DNA of 64,000 bases, from assembly GCA_964016885.1 (NCBI GenBank), contig OZ024740.1:115692001-115756000 (forward strand). Direction: 5' to 3'. The translations under genes and the position numbers were made by a program. Origin of the DNA: Eledone cirrhosa. Lineage: Eukaryota. This document shows positions 40,771-54,525 of this stretch, piece by piece. Below the pieces are notes generated by a model, which made no database searches, was not told the origin of the DNA, and was given only the letters and a program-made list of their open reading frames with translations. How positions within the stretch are numbered: the stretch's first letter is position 1; every line of letters begins with the position of its first letter.

Positions 40771-41832
40771 ATTCATATACCTGCATTTCCTATCATTCGC
40801 TGCTCTAAGACCGGTGCTACCATTAAGGCTAACTAGGCAGTCCCTAGGGTGCAGACCTCAGCGAGGTGTATTACTGACCCTTAAAAGACTACAGTCTCAT
40901 ACAAATTTGTATAATTAACGTAAATATATAATTATTTCCTACGATCAATAAACAAATTAGCATTGCCGCGTTATGTGGTGTTATGGAAATATCCAAAGCA
41001 ACTGAAGGGATCATATAGTGTTACGATCAGTAACTGGAACTGGTGTGGGAGAGTGAGGGCTATGTAGTAGAAAATGCAAGCTTAGACATTTTCTTGGTAT
41101 GGTTAGAGCAAGAATGTAAAAACATAGGCTTGTCAGCTTACCAAACTGTTAGTTGAAATTATTTTAGTTGAGAGATTATGGTGCATAACTGAGAGAAGAA
41201 GGTGCATAACTGAGAGAAAGGGGCGCACATGCTCGGGATAGCTTAACACTTTCGTTTTTACATTATTCTATATATACTATTATATTTTTACGGTAAAGGC
41301 TTTACCTCACATAATTATCTCACATAATATCGAATCTATGAGATTTTGATATTATTTATTTTGAGAACAATACCTTAACATCAGTATGAGCGGCCGGTTA
41401 CAACTGGTTTGAACAGAAAAGGTGAGATAATTCTGGCCGGATATGGCCGGTTTAAATGCTAAAGGGTTAAGGCACTAAATACCTTGTTGCTGGCCCTGGC
41501 CCTAATACTAACATTAACACTAACATTCTCTATAGACACACACACTGCTTCTTCATCCTGTTTCTTTTGTTTGCTGAAAACCGATCTCATGTTTGCCGAT
41601 AGTTATTTTGTAAATAGAACCAAAAATTAATGGGTTTTGAGAACCACTGGCTGGTGATTCATCTAGTAATAGCAACAACTGTAGTAACATCAACAACACT
41701 TCAGACATTCTTCATCTCATTAAAAGGTCTTCCTTCTTCGGTAGTCAGAATAATATCGACACTACCAAAATGGCTGACTGGATGCCGAGACCGAATGTAG
41801 GTAGGTGTAGGAGTGGGAGTTATATTAATAAT

Positions 41833-42102
41833 GGTATATAGGCACAAGGCCAGCAATTTTGGAGGAGGGGAAAGTCGATTAAATCGACCCCAGTACGTGA
41901 CTGGTACTTTATTTTATCGACCCAGTAAGGATGAAAGGCAAAGTTAACCTCGGTGGGATTTGAACTCAGATCATAAAGGGCCATAACTCTATGGAGTTAT
42001 ATTAATAATTGTTTCTACTTTTGGCACAAAGCCAGCAATAACTCAGTACATTACTGGTACTTTATTTTATCGACCCCGTAAGGATGAAAGGCAAAGTTAA
42101 CA
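41833..42102 (-). mobile_element. two adjacent SINE copies; first has a 17 bp TSD
   Basis: ggagttatattaataat at 41816-41832 and 41993-42009. Confidence 0.85.
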
Positions 42103-42494
42103 CCATATATTTGTGGCGTTTAGCATTGGACGAAATGCTTTTACTGTATTTGTTTTTGCTTATCAGTTCAAATCCCACCGAGTAAAACTTTGTCATTCAT
42201 CCTCCTGTTGTCGATAAAATAAACAACCAGCACAGGATGACTGGCCATGCGAGTATTTGAGTAAGGCCACATGGGCCTCTGGACTAGATAAACAATAAAC
42301 AATAAAAGAAAAAAAAAACAGCTGAAATATAGAACAAAAAACTGAAATCTAGTCGCTGCACAAAGATAGAAAAGAAAATTGAATGTGGTTTAGATTCTCA
42401 GCAGTGTGACGATGATTCCCGGGGAAGGAGCAATTTTAAAGCCCAGTCTGCTTTTGACTACCAGGCAAATAACGAGGTTGGTTTAATTGCCCCC

Positions 42495-42525
<31 letters not shown>

Positions 42526-43132
42526 ACACGTTTCTGGTCTGGTACCTAAATAAGAAACCATCAAAACGTATAAGGTTTAAGGTTTGATTATCCGGTCTTT
42601 AATTAAAATACAATGTATCCAGTATTACATTATCCAATGCGTCCTTCCTTTTTTGCTAAGACAGTATGACCATTTGGATGTTCTTGCTGTGATTTGTATT
42701 GCTAATTACTCTCAGGTCAACTCTAGTTAAATAAACCTATGATCAAAAACATTTCAATTGTGACCACCATGTCTTTTTAGAATTATTTCGGACTAGGTTA
42801 TCTAATGTGTTCTTCCCCTTTTTATGATGACAGTATGACTTTTACTGGAGATTTGGTTGTTATTTTCAGTAGGTCAAGTGGCCGACCATGTGAAGCTGAT
42901 GAGATTGGAGTAGTTGTTTAGCGCCAGGTCAACCCTCATTGATATAGCTGGTGTTCGGTTTGAACATCTGTACATCGACATCCGTAAGGGAAAAAGTTAA
43001 GTGGGGAGAGTTTTTCCAGGGGTTGACGTTCTTGGGAGGGGATGAAAATTGAGTATAGGAGTTAGAGTAGTGCATGGGGAAGATGAAATACGATGGGTAT
43101 GCAGGGAGGGCTTGAATAAAGGTTGTATACAG

Positions 43133-43351
43133 CAGGTATGTCAAATATGCGGTCCGCGGGCCGCATACGGCCCTTTACAAGCACACCTACGGCCCACACA
43201 AAGGTTTTTACAGCGCGAGCATGTTTTATCTTCGTAATATAAAATTTAAAAAATGTGTCGTAATGTGTGTAATTAGTTGTCGTATGTGGCCCTCAGACAA
43301 CACATATGTGACCCATGTGACCTTCGGGGGACACTCAGTTTGACATACCTG
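43133..43351. mobile_element. hAT-family MITE
   Basis: 13 bp TIR CAGGTATGTCAAA/TTTGACATACCTG and 8 bp TSD gtatacag. Confidence 0.9.
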
Positions 43352-44159
43352 GTATACAGCAAAGTAGTTCTGAGGAGCAAATATCATTTTAGTAATGGTA
43401 GAAAAGATAGAGTGATGAAACAACGAACCTGTTCGATCAAAGGATAAGCTATGTTTGTGAGTGAGTTTTAGTCATTACACCATATTACTTTCTTTGGATG
43501 TGGTCTATGTTGTTTGTGTGCGTGGCAACAGTGCCGGCCTAGACTTGGGAGCAGTATACCATAATATGTCTCCTTTAAACATTGAAAAGAGTCAGCCGGG
43601 TAAAGTTCTATATTTCACCGGTCCTATATTAACTCTCCCCGTCGGACGGGAAGATCTTCCACACACTTTGAGGTAGGGTGAGATGTCTTCTCTTGTGAAA
43701 ATGGGTATAGCTTTCATTATGTAAAATCTCACCATTTTGCCACATTTCTCCCTGTTCTGGGGCACTTTTTTTCATGGTATTCCCCGTTTAGGTTTTTAGA
43801 GCTTGGCAGATCTGTATGGTGGCTGCTCGTTTCCTTTTTGTCTTTTGTTTTGTTTTGTTTTTTGTTTCTTATGGCACTAGTATGCAGCGATGGATCTCCT
43901 TTATATTCTTCTTGTTATACAACTAGAATACACAGTTATTTGGCAAGTGTTTTCAAATTAAAGAGTGAAAATGTTTTGCAACAGTAATTTTTACACTAAG
44001 TTTGCATCGCGAGTTATACCACATAATATTTCTCTTCCTAGTGTTTTTTTTTTGTTGTTTTTTTTTGGTGGTGATTGTGGCAGTGAGGGAGTTGTAAAAT
44101 GAAATTGATAAATACTTAATTCCTTCTTAATATATATACTCATTTAAATTAATTTTATT

Positions 44160-44650
44160 TAGTCTATTTCGTACCTATTGGCACAAGGGAGAACATCAAG
44201 GGATCTCGGATTAACATTAATTGCTGCCATTTTAGGAAAAGTCTCGAACGACAGCCGTTTACGTTTCAGTTCCTTATCTGTGTGTTGACGTCACATTTCT
44301 TTTCGTTTATCTCATTTTCTATTTCCCTGTATCACCCTATAAAGTTCTGTTTTCAATATCGAGGTGAAGGTCATGCGACAAACACGCCCATGTCATTTCC
44401 ATTAGTCTGCTTGTATTAAGTCATGTACAGTCATCATTCCTATTCTGCGATATATGTTCTTGTTTGTGATTATGTTTGGCCAAAATATTTTCAGAATTTG
44501 CCGTAAACCTTTGGTTTCAAATGTGTCCCTATTGGGTAAGTGACGTTTACGATAGCCTTGGGTCAAGTCAAGACTTGTGAATGAAAATGAATAGATGGAA
44601 ACTTTGTAGAAATTTGTCGGCGAGATTATACCTATAATTCGAGGTCCTAC
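44160..44650 (-). mobile_element. RTE-like LINE 3' fragment
   Basis: LRQILKIFWPNIITNKNIYRR motif; end cccttgtgccaataggtacgaaatagacta. Confidence 0.65.
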
Positions 44651-44939
44651 CATCTACTAATATATAATACCCTTCTGTATTTGTCCGTCACAAGAGATGA
44701 CTGATGAAGGAAGGGGTGGTGACGTCGATTAAGGCAGGAAGGGGTGGCAGTGTACAATATTCACTACATCTGTGTGTATATATGTGTAGTGAACTGGCTA
44801 CACACATTGGCTGTTATGATTGCTTGTGTGTGTGTGTGTGTAAATTATATTTATATATAATATTTGTGTGAGTGTATATGTGTTTGTGTGTGTTTATTTA
44901 AAAAGATACATAGACAATAGAATTACAAACACACACGAA

Positions 44940-44965
<26 letters not shown>

Positions 44966-44972
<7 letters not shown>

Positions 44973-45372
44973 AAGTAATTAAGTCAAATATTTAAGATTT
45001 GGCTTCGTTTATTAAAGATGTACTGCTATATATATTTCGGTGACAGCTATCATTGGCTGTGACCTCTTCAGGCAGTTCGAATTGGTGTGGTAGAGACAGG
45101 TACACATGTTGTTAAAGTGTTTTACTCAGTCACTTCTCCGATATGTCCAGCTCCTGGTTGGGTTGTTATTTCTCTGAGGAACTGGAATCAATGATGGCTG
45201 TCACCGAAATATATATAGCAGTACATCTTTCATAAACGAAGCCAAATCTTAAATATTTGACTTAATTACTTTATTTTACATTACTCCGGAGTAACCAAAC
45301 CAGCCTGCGTACTTCGTCGAGTGCTCCAATCTGCATACTGAGGTGTCGGTAAACAACCAACATATACTCAAA
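44966..45372. mobile_element. (TA)n-flanked fold-back HHR element
   Basis: 44966-45055 inverted at 45189-45278, then a ~95 nt extension containing tactcc...gtcgagtgct. Confidence 0.85.
45022..45076 (-). ncRNA. canonical type I hammerhead ribozyme
   Basis: Minus strand: actgc-CUGAAGA-GGUcACAGC caaugaua GCUGUcACC-GAAA-UAUAUA-UA/gcagt. Confidence 0.9.
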
Positions 45373-45385
45373 ATATATATATATT

Positions 45386-45428
<43 letters not shown>

Positions 45429-46609
45429 TAGGTATTTTAAAAGAAAAAGAAAAGGGAAAAAGAGTGCTCTATGTATAGAACAGAGCGTCTGATGAACGAT
45501 CTCTAGACGTATGATAATATTGTCTAAGGTCCTGAAACCTTTGGTAATGGAGAACAGACACACCTAGAAAAAATAATTATTGCATACACACACATCTATG
45601 TGATGACTGATGAAGGAGGAGGGGTGGTTAGAAACTATAGAAGTCCAGCGTTCAAAGATTCGTCACAGCTGTGTGTGTATGTGTACCGATTTGGCTACAC
45701 ACATTGACTGTGTGTTTGTATGTTTGTATCGTTTGTGTGAGTGAGCGCGAAGGCACCAACCATCAAACAAACAAACACACATCGCTTTTTTATATTATGT
45801 ATGCATATTACAATCAGCCGTCATTTTTTACGACACTAGACCAGCTAGTATTATATACACACTGTGCACGCTAATTCTGCCCGAAAATTACATTAAAGGA
45901 ACACGTGTCAATGGAATACTCAATCACCAACACATTAACTCATGAATTGGACGTTTTGTTGATCGAACGAGTAAATGTTCATCGCAGAAACCGACGGAGA
46001 ATCAATCAACATCATGTAAAATTAAAAAAGCATTCAAAATATAGTTTATGCACTTCAAAAGCACACGAAACATATTTATATATATAAGAAAAGCAGCTAA
46101 CTAACGAATGGACCTCCGTCTATTTCGATAATGACCGTTCCCGTTGTTTGATCATTGGAACAGCCTGCTCATGAAATTAACATGTAAATGACTGAGAATT
46201 CCAAAGACACGTGTACCTTTAACGCAGTGGTTCTCAACGGTGGGCCTGGACATTTTTTCAGACTTTCTTGGAACTTAAGATCACACAAAATGACAAACTT
46301 TTTTAAGTCTGAATGTTCTGTGATAAAATCACATGACTTAAGTTGACTTGCATTAATTGGAGTGCAATAACGCAGACACCTGCATATGTCTGCGTTCTTG
46401 CACATTCATGCATACCTGTGCATACTCAAGTCCTGTCTGTGCCTGAAATCTCGGACGCTATAAATGTGGGTGCAATAGAAATGAAATTGAGTTGAGGTTT
46501 TTACATTCCGTCTTGGGTTACCCGAATTAATTCGCCCGGTGAACCCCAACGAAAGTTACTCCCGTTGTTTATATCCGTAAAGTGACTAAAACAAATGTAA
46601 TATATTTAC

Positions 46610-46652
46610 GGTTAGGGTTATTTTATAGGGTTAGCGTTAGGGTTAGGGTTAG
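46610..46652 (+). repeat. short interstitial TTAGGG-like repeats
   Basis: ggttagggtta...gggttagcgttagggttagggttag. Confidence 0.7.
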
Positions 46653-46799
46653 CAAGGTTGCTATTAAACCCTGGACCTTATGATTACCAAGTGTACTTCT
46701 TGAACATTCTGCCATGCTGCATCCACATACAAGAAAAAAAGATACAGTAGTTGTAAAAATACCTTAGACCTTAATCAGTTTCTGATAGACAAAAAAAAA

Positions 46800-46930
46800 T
46801 AATAATGGTTTCTGATTTAGGGGAGGGGAAAGTCTATTAAATCGACCCCAGTGCGTTACTAGTATCTTATTTTATCGATCCCGTAAGGATGAAAAACAAA
46901 GCTAACCTCGGTGGGATTTGAACTCAGAAC
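46800..46930 (-). mobile_element. SINE, truncated
   Basis: Consensus match. Confidence 0.8.
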
Positions 46931-47737
46931 TAACAACAATAATAATAGCTAAAACTATAATAAGCACAAGTGAGCTTAGGGTTCATACCCCTTACGTGGT
47001 ACCTTGAGCAAGTGTCTTCCACTATAATCTTAGGTTGACCAATACCTTATGGGGGAAATTTATGTTCCCTAACATAGCGGAGACATCGATAGAATAAATA
47101 CCAGATTTGACCGACTAAATCAGTTTAAGGCAGTGCTCCAGCATGGCCGCAATCTAATAATTGAAATCAACAAAAGAAAAAAAAACAGTATATTCTCTGA
47201 TAACCTAACAAAAATCCGAAATTGTGATAAAATGTTAGAGGTTTTTCGTGTTAATTTTAAAAGTCCAAACTAAAAAGAATAAGTGTTCCAAATTTGACCT
47301 GGGGATGACCGAACAACAACAACAACTAAAAACGTGACGTCTTCAAGGTCGTGACATGGCGCGACCTTTTTGGTGACGCCATAACGTTTGTTATAATAAA
47401 ATTTCAGTAATTTTATCCTTGTCTTTTTTTATGAGTACATTTTCAAATTTTAAATTATTTTATTAAAATTCATTGCTTTAGGTGTGTTTGTGTGTGCGTA
47501 TAACAACAGTTACAGGCGGCGCGTCGACCGAAGCACTCAATGCTGTTACGAGGTCTGTTTTTGTTTGGGTTGTATTCCAGTGTTACGGCTGTAGTGTGCA
47601 GAGTGTCAATAGATTTAAAAGAGTCAGTGTTGCAGCATATGTACAAACTTTATTTGCATTTAACAATTGTAATATGCAAATAAAGTTTGTACATATGCTG
47701 CAACACTGGCTTCGACTCTCTCTCTCTATATATATGG

Positions 47738-47774
<37 letters not shown>

Positions 47775-49006
47775 AGAACACAGCGTATGTTTAATTAGGA
47801 AGACTTGGGTATGAATAAAATAAATGTGAAGTGTAAACACTTTAAACTGTCCCTCCTTACAGAGAGAAACAAATAAAGTTTTTGAATGAAAGAAGTTGAT
47901 TTTTCCTTTGATACTCTTGTTTATATATACTATGTTAAGGTATCAATACATATTTAATAAATAAGCTCAAACGATACATGCTTCTTTCTCTCTACATATG
48001 TATTTTGAATGTGTATGATTTTAATGTTTAATTTTATTAATATACTAGTATTTTTTTGGCCACTTCACTATAAGTATTTGCCTAAAACTAAAAATACTTG
48101 ACATCAATAAGAAGATTTTTTGAATGAAAATTTTGGACACATCGGGACTAAAAAGGTTCACCATCACTACTTCAGATGGTTGCTCAACTTGCTAGAAATA
48201 GCAACCAAATCTTTCTTAAATTGCACCGCACCGTTTCAAAAAAAGGTAGACACATTGAATAACATATCCTGAGATAACCAACCAAAAAGATGGGATGGTA
48301 GTCAGAATGAACTTTCAGTTAGCTAAACAACAACAACAACCAGAGTGAGTGCCTTTATGTGGTCATTTGAATTGCTAGAAATAGCAGCCAAATCTTAGAC
48401 AGATGAAGCTAGCATAAAGCCCCCGGCTGAAAATTTCATCGGGGGAAGGGGTCTTGTGTATTATTTATGACAACTCAAAAATTAATTTGGGGACCCTAGC
48501 TGCAGATCAGTTAGCACCCCTCCCTTAATCCGCCACTGTCATACCGCCTCCAGTACTGAGTTACAAAACTGTTTATTTTTAAGTGTTTATATTTATCTAA
48601 AATTATAATTTTATGAAACAACCTTTGTGAAGTAATGTTCCAAACACTAGTTTAATAATGAAAAAGTTATTTTGTTTACTTAATTTTTTTTTATTTTCAA
48701 AATTAATTGAAAATCATAGGCAGTATATTTCATTGAAAATATGGTAACGAATTTAAAAAGGGAGGACAATTTAGGTAATGAATATAGTACAACCCTGTAC
48801 TATATACATGGCTTGTCAATACTGGTCATAGCTGGAAGGCCTTTGATCATTGGTAGATAATCCGAGTCAATAACAACAACAATCGATAGATTAAAAAAGG
48901 AAGACATATATATAAATCTATCATACAGTAAAAGTGGGTGGAGTTAATTTCTGTCATCACTGGCTGTTTTTGTTGTTGTTTACCTTTTATGGTAACTCCG
49001 AGTAAA

Positions 49007-49509
49007 TTCTAGAAAACTCCATCCAAAGTAATTTAAAGGTTGTCTTTTTGTGTATTTTATGTATTATAACCCAATTGTGAAATAAGATATAAATTTTAAC
49101 AACGCATTCAGTGAAAAATTTGGTAATATATATAAGGGTTTGTTAGAAATATAGCCGGGACGTTAAGTCTCTAGCAAAATCAAGAATGTTCCGCCATATG
49201 GATTAGCTGATCTTGTGCATTATTCAATCACTTTCTAAGCCAATGACTCACTCACTCATAATCACTCTCTGCCACTAATCTGTTTACAAATACACTTACA
49301 CACATGGGCCACATATACTGTTGCACACACACACACATATAACTTTATCACTGTAAACACGCGCGCTTACTAGAACCTTCTCACTCTCCCCCTCATATGT
49401 TTGCAAAATCACGTACGCACACTAACTTTCGCATATAGCTATTATACACACACATCTGCTTGCTAGAAGCTTCGCCTCCTCCCACCAAAGTTTGTCTGCA
49501 ACTATAAAA
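49007..49509 (+). promoter_or_regulatory. heat-shock-type promoter: HSE-like nGAAn/nTTCn dyads and TATA box
   Basis: ttctagaa 49007, agaatgttcc 49183, agaaccttct 49372, agaagcttcg 49465; TATAAAA 49503-49509. Confidence 0.7.
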
Positions 49510-49590
49510 GCCATACTCTTCGCTCGTTAGTCTAACATTTACAGTTGAGACGTTATTCTGATACTGTTTTTGAAACCATAACATTTAATC

Positions 49591-50106
49591 ATGTCCCGCG
49601 ATTTAATGATTCCGCTGAGCACTATGCCTTGGGGATTCTTTGACAGACAAAGAAGCCTGTTTTCGGAAATGCACAAAAATATGGAAGAAGAATTTAAAAA
49701 CTTTGATCTCGAATTAGATAGAATTCGCAAAGATTTGTTTAAACTGGAACCGTTTAGCATGTCCGATTTCGGAAAAAACATGCTCCAGGTTGAAAACCCT
49801 ATTGTCATGGACAGCGAAGGTAAGAAAAAACTGGCATTACGTTTTGACGTGAGTAACTTTAAACCAGATGAAATCTCTGTCAAGACAACCGATAACAATC
49901 TATATATACAAGCCAAACACGAAGAGAAAACACCACAGAAACAAGTTTACAGGGAGTTCAGCCGGCAATACACTCTTCCAAAAACTGTGGATCCAATGAA
50001 ATTGTCATCAATCCTCACCAAAGACGGAGTCCTTCACATCGAGGCCCCTGCGCCAGCTGCAATTGAAGCTCCATCCGAAAGACTTATCCCCATTGAGAAA
50101 TGTTAA
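49591..50106 (+). CDS. small heat-shock protein (HSP20/alpha-crystallin family), intronless, 171 aa
   Basis: LRFDVSNFKPDEISVK...AKHEEK...REFSRQYTLP..VDP..LSSILTKDGVLHIEAP, C-terminal IPI (IXI) motif. Confidence 0.95.
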   Translation: MSRDLMIPLSTMPWGFFDRQRSLFSEMHKNMEEEFKNFDLELDRIRKDLFKLEPFSMSDFGKNMLQVENPIVMDSEGKKKLALRFDVSNFKPDEISVKTTDNNLYIQAKHEEKTPQKQVYREFSRQYTLPKTVDPMKLSSILTKDGVLHIEAPAPAAIEAPSERLIPIEKC

Positions 50107-51366
50107 AAAAAATATCTTTATAAACAAAATAATCATCTTGAATTTAAACAAATTTCCCATTCACTGAAACTTGTATTTTTAAAAAAGCCACAAAGAAGGA
50201 ATTTATCAACTTCTTTCCTTGTTTAATATTTGAAAATGGGGAATTTCACATAGGTGAGAACTACTTCGTTATAAACATTTATTTTACACACAAGGGTCAT
50301 ATATATATTATATATATTGGTACCCAAGTATGATCAGTCTAAATACTGTTAACAATAACTGAACAAAAGAATTATACATATTATATTGAGAACTGTTCTG
50401 TATGAGTTCCGATATAAATTGTGTTCTGGATATTTTCAAATGTCTTGTCTTTTCTTTCTTTTTCTTTTACAATGAATTTCAGGTTGGAAATTTCAGTAAA
50501 CCTTATGTATTGCTTACTAAATCTAAACAATGATTTTGTATTTCAAATGAAGGTTGAAAACAAAAGAAATTAATATGCAAGATTTTTTTTTATATACAAA
50601 AAATTTGTTTTAAAATCTTCGAAAGGCTTAAAAGAAAAAAGGAGTTAGTGCTCGTTTTAGGGTTATGAAACTAAAACTTTGGTTTTGTTAAAACATTATA
50701 CATCTCGTTCTTGCTGGTCTGCGTTCTTTTCTTTAAAATAGTGGAAACTTAAATGTCCATTATTTTAAATAAATTACCGTTTCACGGTATTTCAGAGAGA
50801 CAAACGTTTTTTGGTGGCTGGATTTCCGTTCAACCAAAAATAAGCATGTCCCATTTTTTTTTTTTTTTTTTTTATTTTTTTAAGAATTTCAGAATTTTAA
50901 TATTTCAGAGATAAGGTCGCAGTCGCGACAAGATTTTCTGACAAGGATTTTCTGTATTTTTAAAAAACATTATTGCATCCGTCTTCGATGTGGGTGTAGT
51001 AAATACTATTTTAATTCTAATAGTAATTAGTTGATATATTTGGTGAGAATTTTGAAGGTGAAATTTGTTTTCCCTATGATTTTCGATGTCTTGACCGAAT
51101 ATGGCCTTAAAAACCATCGTAAATTACTCAGTTTTTTTGTTTTTTTTGTGGTTCCCCCACCTAAGAATTCTACAACACCCGTTTTCGAGACAAGTGTAAT
51201 AAAAAAAAAAATTACCGAGTTTTCTATTATAACCTTCGATGGAACAATGTCTTCAGAAAAAAAAAATTGGTGAACGAAAACTGAAAGCCCGTTCATGTTT
51301 GAAGACGTTTATGTCCCGTAACGTACAAAGAAAAGATAGATAAAATAAGTACCAGACTTAAAATAA

Positions 51367-51495
51367 TGATTTCTTATATATAGGCACAAGGCCTGCAATT
51401 TTGGGGGAGGGGAAAGTCGATTAAATCGACTCCAGTGCGTGACTGGTACTTTATTTTATCGACCCCCGTAAGGTTGAAAGGCAAAGTTAACCTCG
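51367..51495 (-). mobile_element. 5'-truncated SINE with 18 bp TSD
   Basis: gtaccagacttaaaataa at 51349-51366 and 51496-51513. Confidence 0.85.
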
Positions 51496-53399
51496 GTACC
51501 AGACTTAAAATAAGTTCTGGGAGTTATGATCGAATAAAAATCCGTTGCGGGTGGCGCTCCAGCATGGCCACATTGCAATGACTGAAACTAGACACTTTTT
51601 TTTTTTAAATCTGTAAATATTTATACAAACAGCTACAGTAGCAGAAAAGCGATGACTTTCAACAACAAAGTATGAATGATCAAGTGTTTCCCATTAATTC
51701 ACTAAATAATAGATTGATTTATTAGACTAAATCGAAGTGCCCACCCAAGTTAATGAGTTGTTTTATTTCTTCTGTTTTATTATTATTTTTTTTTTTTTTT
51801 TGCAGAAAATTATTTATCCTTTTACTGGTTAGTCATTAGACTGCGGTCATGCTAGGGCACATTTTTTAAATATAGATTTATTGAGTCGAATGATATGGAT
51901 TCTGGCTAGTATTTGTTTGTCGAACCACTCTGTTTCGGGACATTCGCAACTCAGATACTAACGTAAACAAACAAGTGCGCGTGACGGGCTTTTTCAGTTT
52001 CTGTCTACCAAATTTGATAAGGCATTGGTCTTCCCGGGGCTACAATAGAGGAAGAGGCTATGTAGCCGGTCTCGGTAAAATAGACTCCCAGTCTAGGTAG
52101 CCAGTAAGTGTCAGACACCATAAGTTGCGGCCTTTCACGGTCTGATTTAAGACAATTTGAAATCTTTTCCACCATCAATTGTTAAAAAACAAGTTAAAAT
52201 CATTTAGTCGTCCATTCGTAACGTACATTACTCTTTAGTTACATACACACACATCTACACGTAAATACATAAACAGATACAGGCAACAGAAGTGCAAACC
52301 CACACATACACACATCTACTCACATATTCATAAACAAACACATTATACAAAATAATTATTACTACATACACATCTATGAATGATTGAGGAAGGAAGGGGC
52401 TGGTGAAACACTAAAGCGATGTGTTGCGTCCCTTTAGGGTTTACCGGCTACATAGCCTATTCGTACAATATAGACGTTTGTCCAAGGTACTACGCAGAAA
52501 TATTTACCAATATGTCATTAAAGTTTCTGATAGCAAACCACCCCTGTTTCTACGATCCCAAAGTATTTTCTTTGAGAAGAAACTATCCGCAACTAACATA
52601 GATAACCAAGATGATAATTTTAGTAAATCCCCCACCCCAATTCTTCATTAATTGAAACGGTGTATTTCATTAGAAATGCAGGGTTAAGGTCCAGTCTGCC
52701 TTGTCTCAGTAGTGTGTGTGTTGATTTGTCCATAGCTATTTAAGGGTTCGTCCACCTTGTGAACAGGATGGAGAAGGTATTGCCCTGGTAGAACAGCCAC
52801 TTCATCTCGTAGGGCTTGCTCTCTTACGGGTAAACATTTAAAAACCTTCCATCATAATTTTGGTTAATTTATAGATCTACAGCCGTCTCGCCTTAAATGG
52901 GTCATTTTTCTTTCGTGTTTTGAACGAATCTTAACTTCCAAACCCATCGGAAAGGGCACTCTTTTTTTGTGTGTGGAGGGGGGGGTTAGAGTGGGAGCAC
53001 AGTTTCAAATCTGCACTCGACTCGCTTACGATAATGTTTTGTTTTTTTGTTTTGTTTTTTAGGGGTGGGGGATTCGTATTTTCAACGAATTTGACCTCAA
53101 AACCAATATAAAATTACTAGAAAACAGCGGAAGAAGGCGTAGCACCGTCGGTGATTTCTTTAGAATATATTTTTTTTCGTGACATTTCAACTGTTACTCC
53201 ATACGGAAAAAAAACATGAAGGAATAGTCGAAAGTGTTTACATTTCACAATTCTCTCTTTCTGTGGTGTGCATACGGGCGGAGGAACGCGACGAATGGGG
53301 GGTGCTGTGCTGAAAATGACACGTCCAAACCATGTTAAGGGACCAGGTCATGAAAGTTACAGAAAGAGTTATCGCACAGCAGACTAGGGACTGAATTAT

Positions 53400-54525
53400 C
53401 CTAAATGATGTCCTCTTCCTTGTGAGGCAACTGAAGAAGTACCTACTTAAAAGTCAGCCCCTCTACTTGGCATTTGTTTACCTAGAGAAAACATTTGACA
53501 AATACCCGCGCCATAATCTGGTGAACTCTTAGAAAACTAGGGGCAGATGTGTGGCTTGTGAGGGCAGTACAAGCCATGTACAGTGGAGCAGTCAGTAAGG
53601 TTAGAATTAGCAATGATTTTAGTAAGGAATTACTACATTGCACACTACATTCCTTTAGGGAGGGGGGGGGGTCCATCAGCGGTCTGTTAGTCATTACCTG
53701 TTTTTTATCGTCCTCCAGGCTATAACAGATGAGGTGAAACTGACTGTCCATGGGAGATTCTATATGTCGATGATTTAGTCCTCATAGCTGAATCTTGCAG
53801 AATTAGAGAAATTCCAGACTTGAAGCAAAACTTGGAATCAAAAGGTCTAAAAGTCAAGTAGAAAGGCCTTGCTCAGTGTACAGGAAAGGTGTGGGTAGAA
53901 ATACCAGTTTATGTTCCAAATGCAAACTATGGGTACACCAGAGAAGTAGTAGGATCTCAGGCAAGCTAGTAAAGAATGTAGGTTTTATATGTGGTCGATG
54001 CAAATGAGCAGTAAGCAGCAAGAGCTTACAGGAAACAAACACTATCAAATGCTCAGTGGGCTCGGTAGAGATACTTGATAGCTTTTGTTACTTGGGTGAC
54101 CAAATTAGCCGTGGATGAGGGAATTCTGAAAGTAGAATAACCAGAGTGAGAATGGGATGGAAAAAGTACAGGGAGCTACTATCGCTGCTAGCTAAAATAG
54201 TTTTTTTCCCTCAAAATGAAAGGTAGATCGTATAATGTTTGTGTATGAACAGCAATGTTGCATGGGTGTGAGACTTAGGTACTCTGTGCAGAGGATCTAC
54301 AAAGACTGGGAATAAACGAAGCTTGCATGCTCCTATGGTTGTGTAATAGTGTGCATGAACTGAAAGAAACTGGGTAGAAGAGGGATCAGATGCAGTGTGC
54401 AGGAGAGAGCATTGCAGTGGTATGGAGGATGACAGCTGTATAAAAAGGTGCAGGGCGCTCGAAGTTGATGAAAAATATGAAAGAAGACCTAGGAAAGCTT
54501 AGGATGAGGTGATAAAAGCTGACTT
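53400..54525 (+). mobile_element. degenerate RTE-clade LINE RT fragment
   Basis: LAFVYLEKTFDKYP..IW*TLRKLG; ILYVDDLVLIAES; SFCYLGD; RRPRKA*DE. Confidence 0.8.

Larger units (their letters stand above)
44653..45848 (+). mobile_element. non-autonomous Helitron hosting an HHR element
   Basis: A|TCTACTAATATATAA start, CTAG|T end, internal duplicated segment (gatgactgatgaagga...ggctacacacatt). Confidence 0.55.

Noticed and set aside
45173-45222. CTGAGGA upstream of the plus-strand half HHR
   Set aside because: No stem I or stem II pairing; the inversion removed the true 5' core
44696-45650. gactgatgaagga...gaaactatag as hammerheads (44700, 45606)
   Set aside because: The purine-rich segment cannot form stem II; part of the Helitron-like repeat
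46610-46652. Telomere or telomere-fusion site
   Set aside because: Only a few degenerate units inside a dispersed repeat
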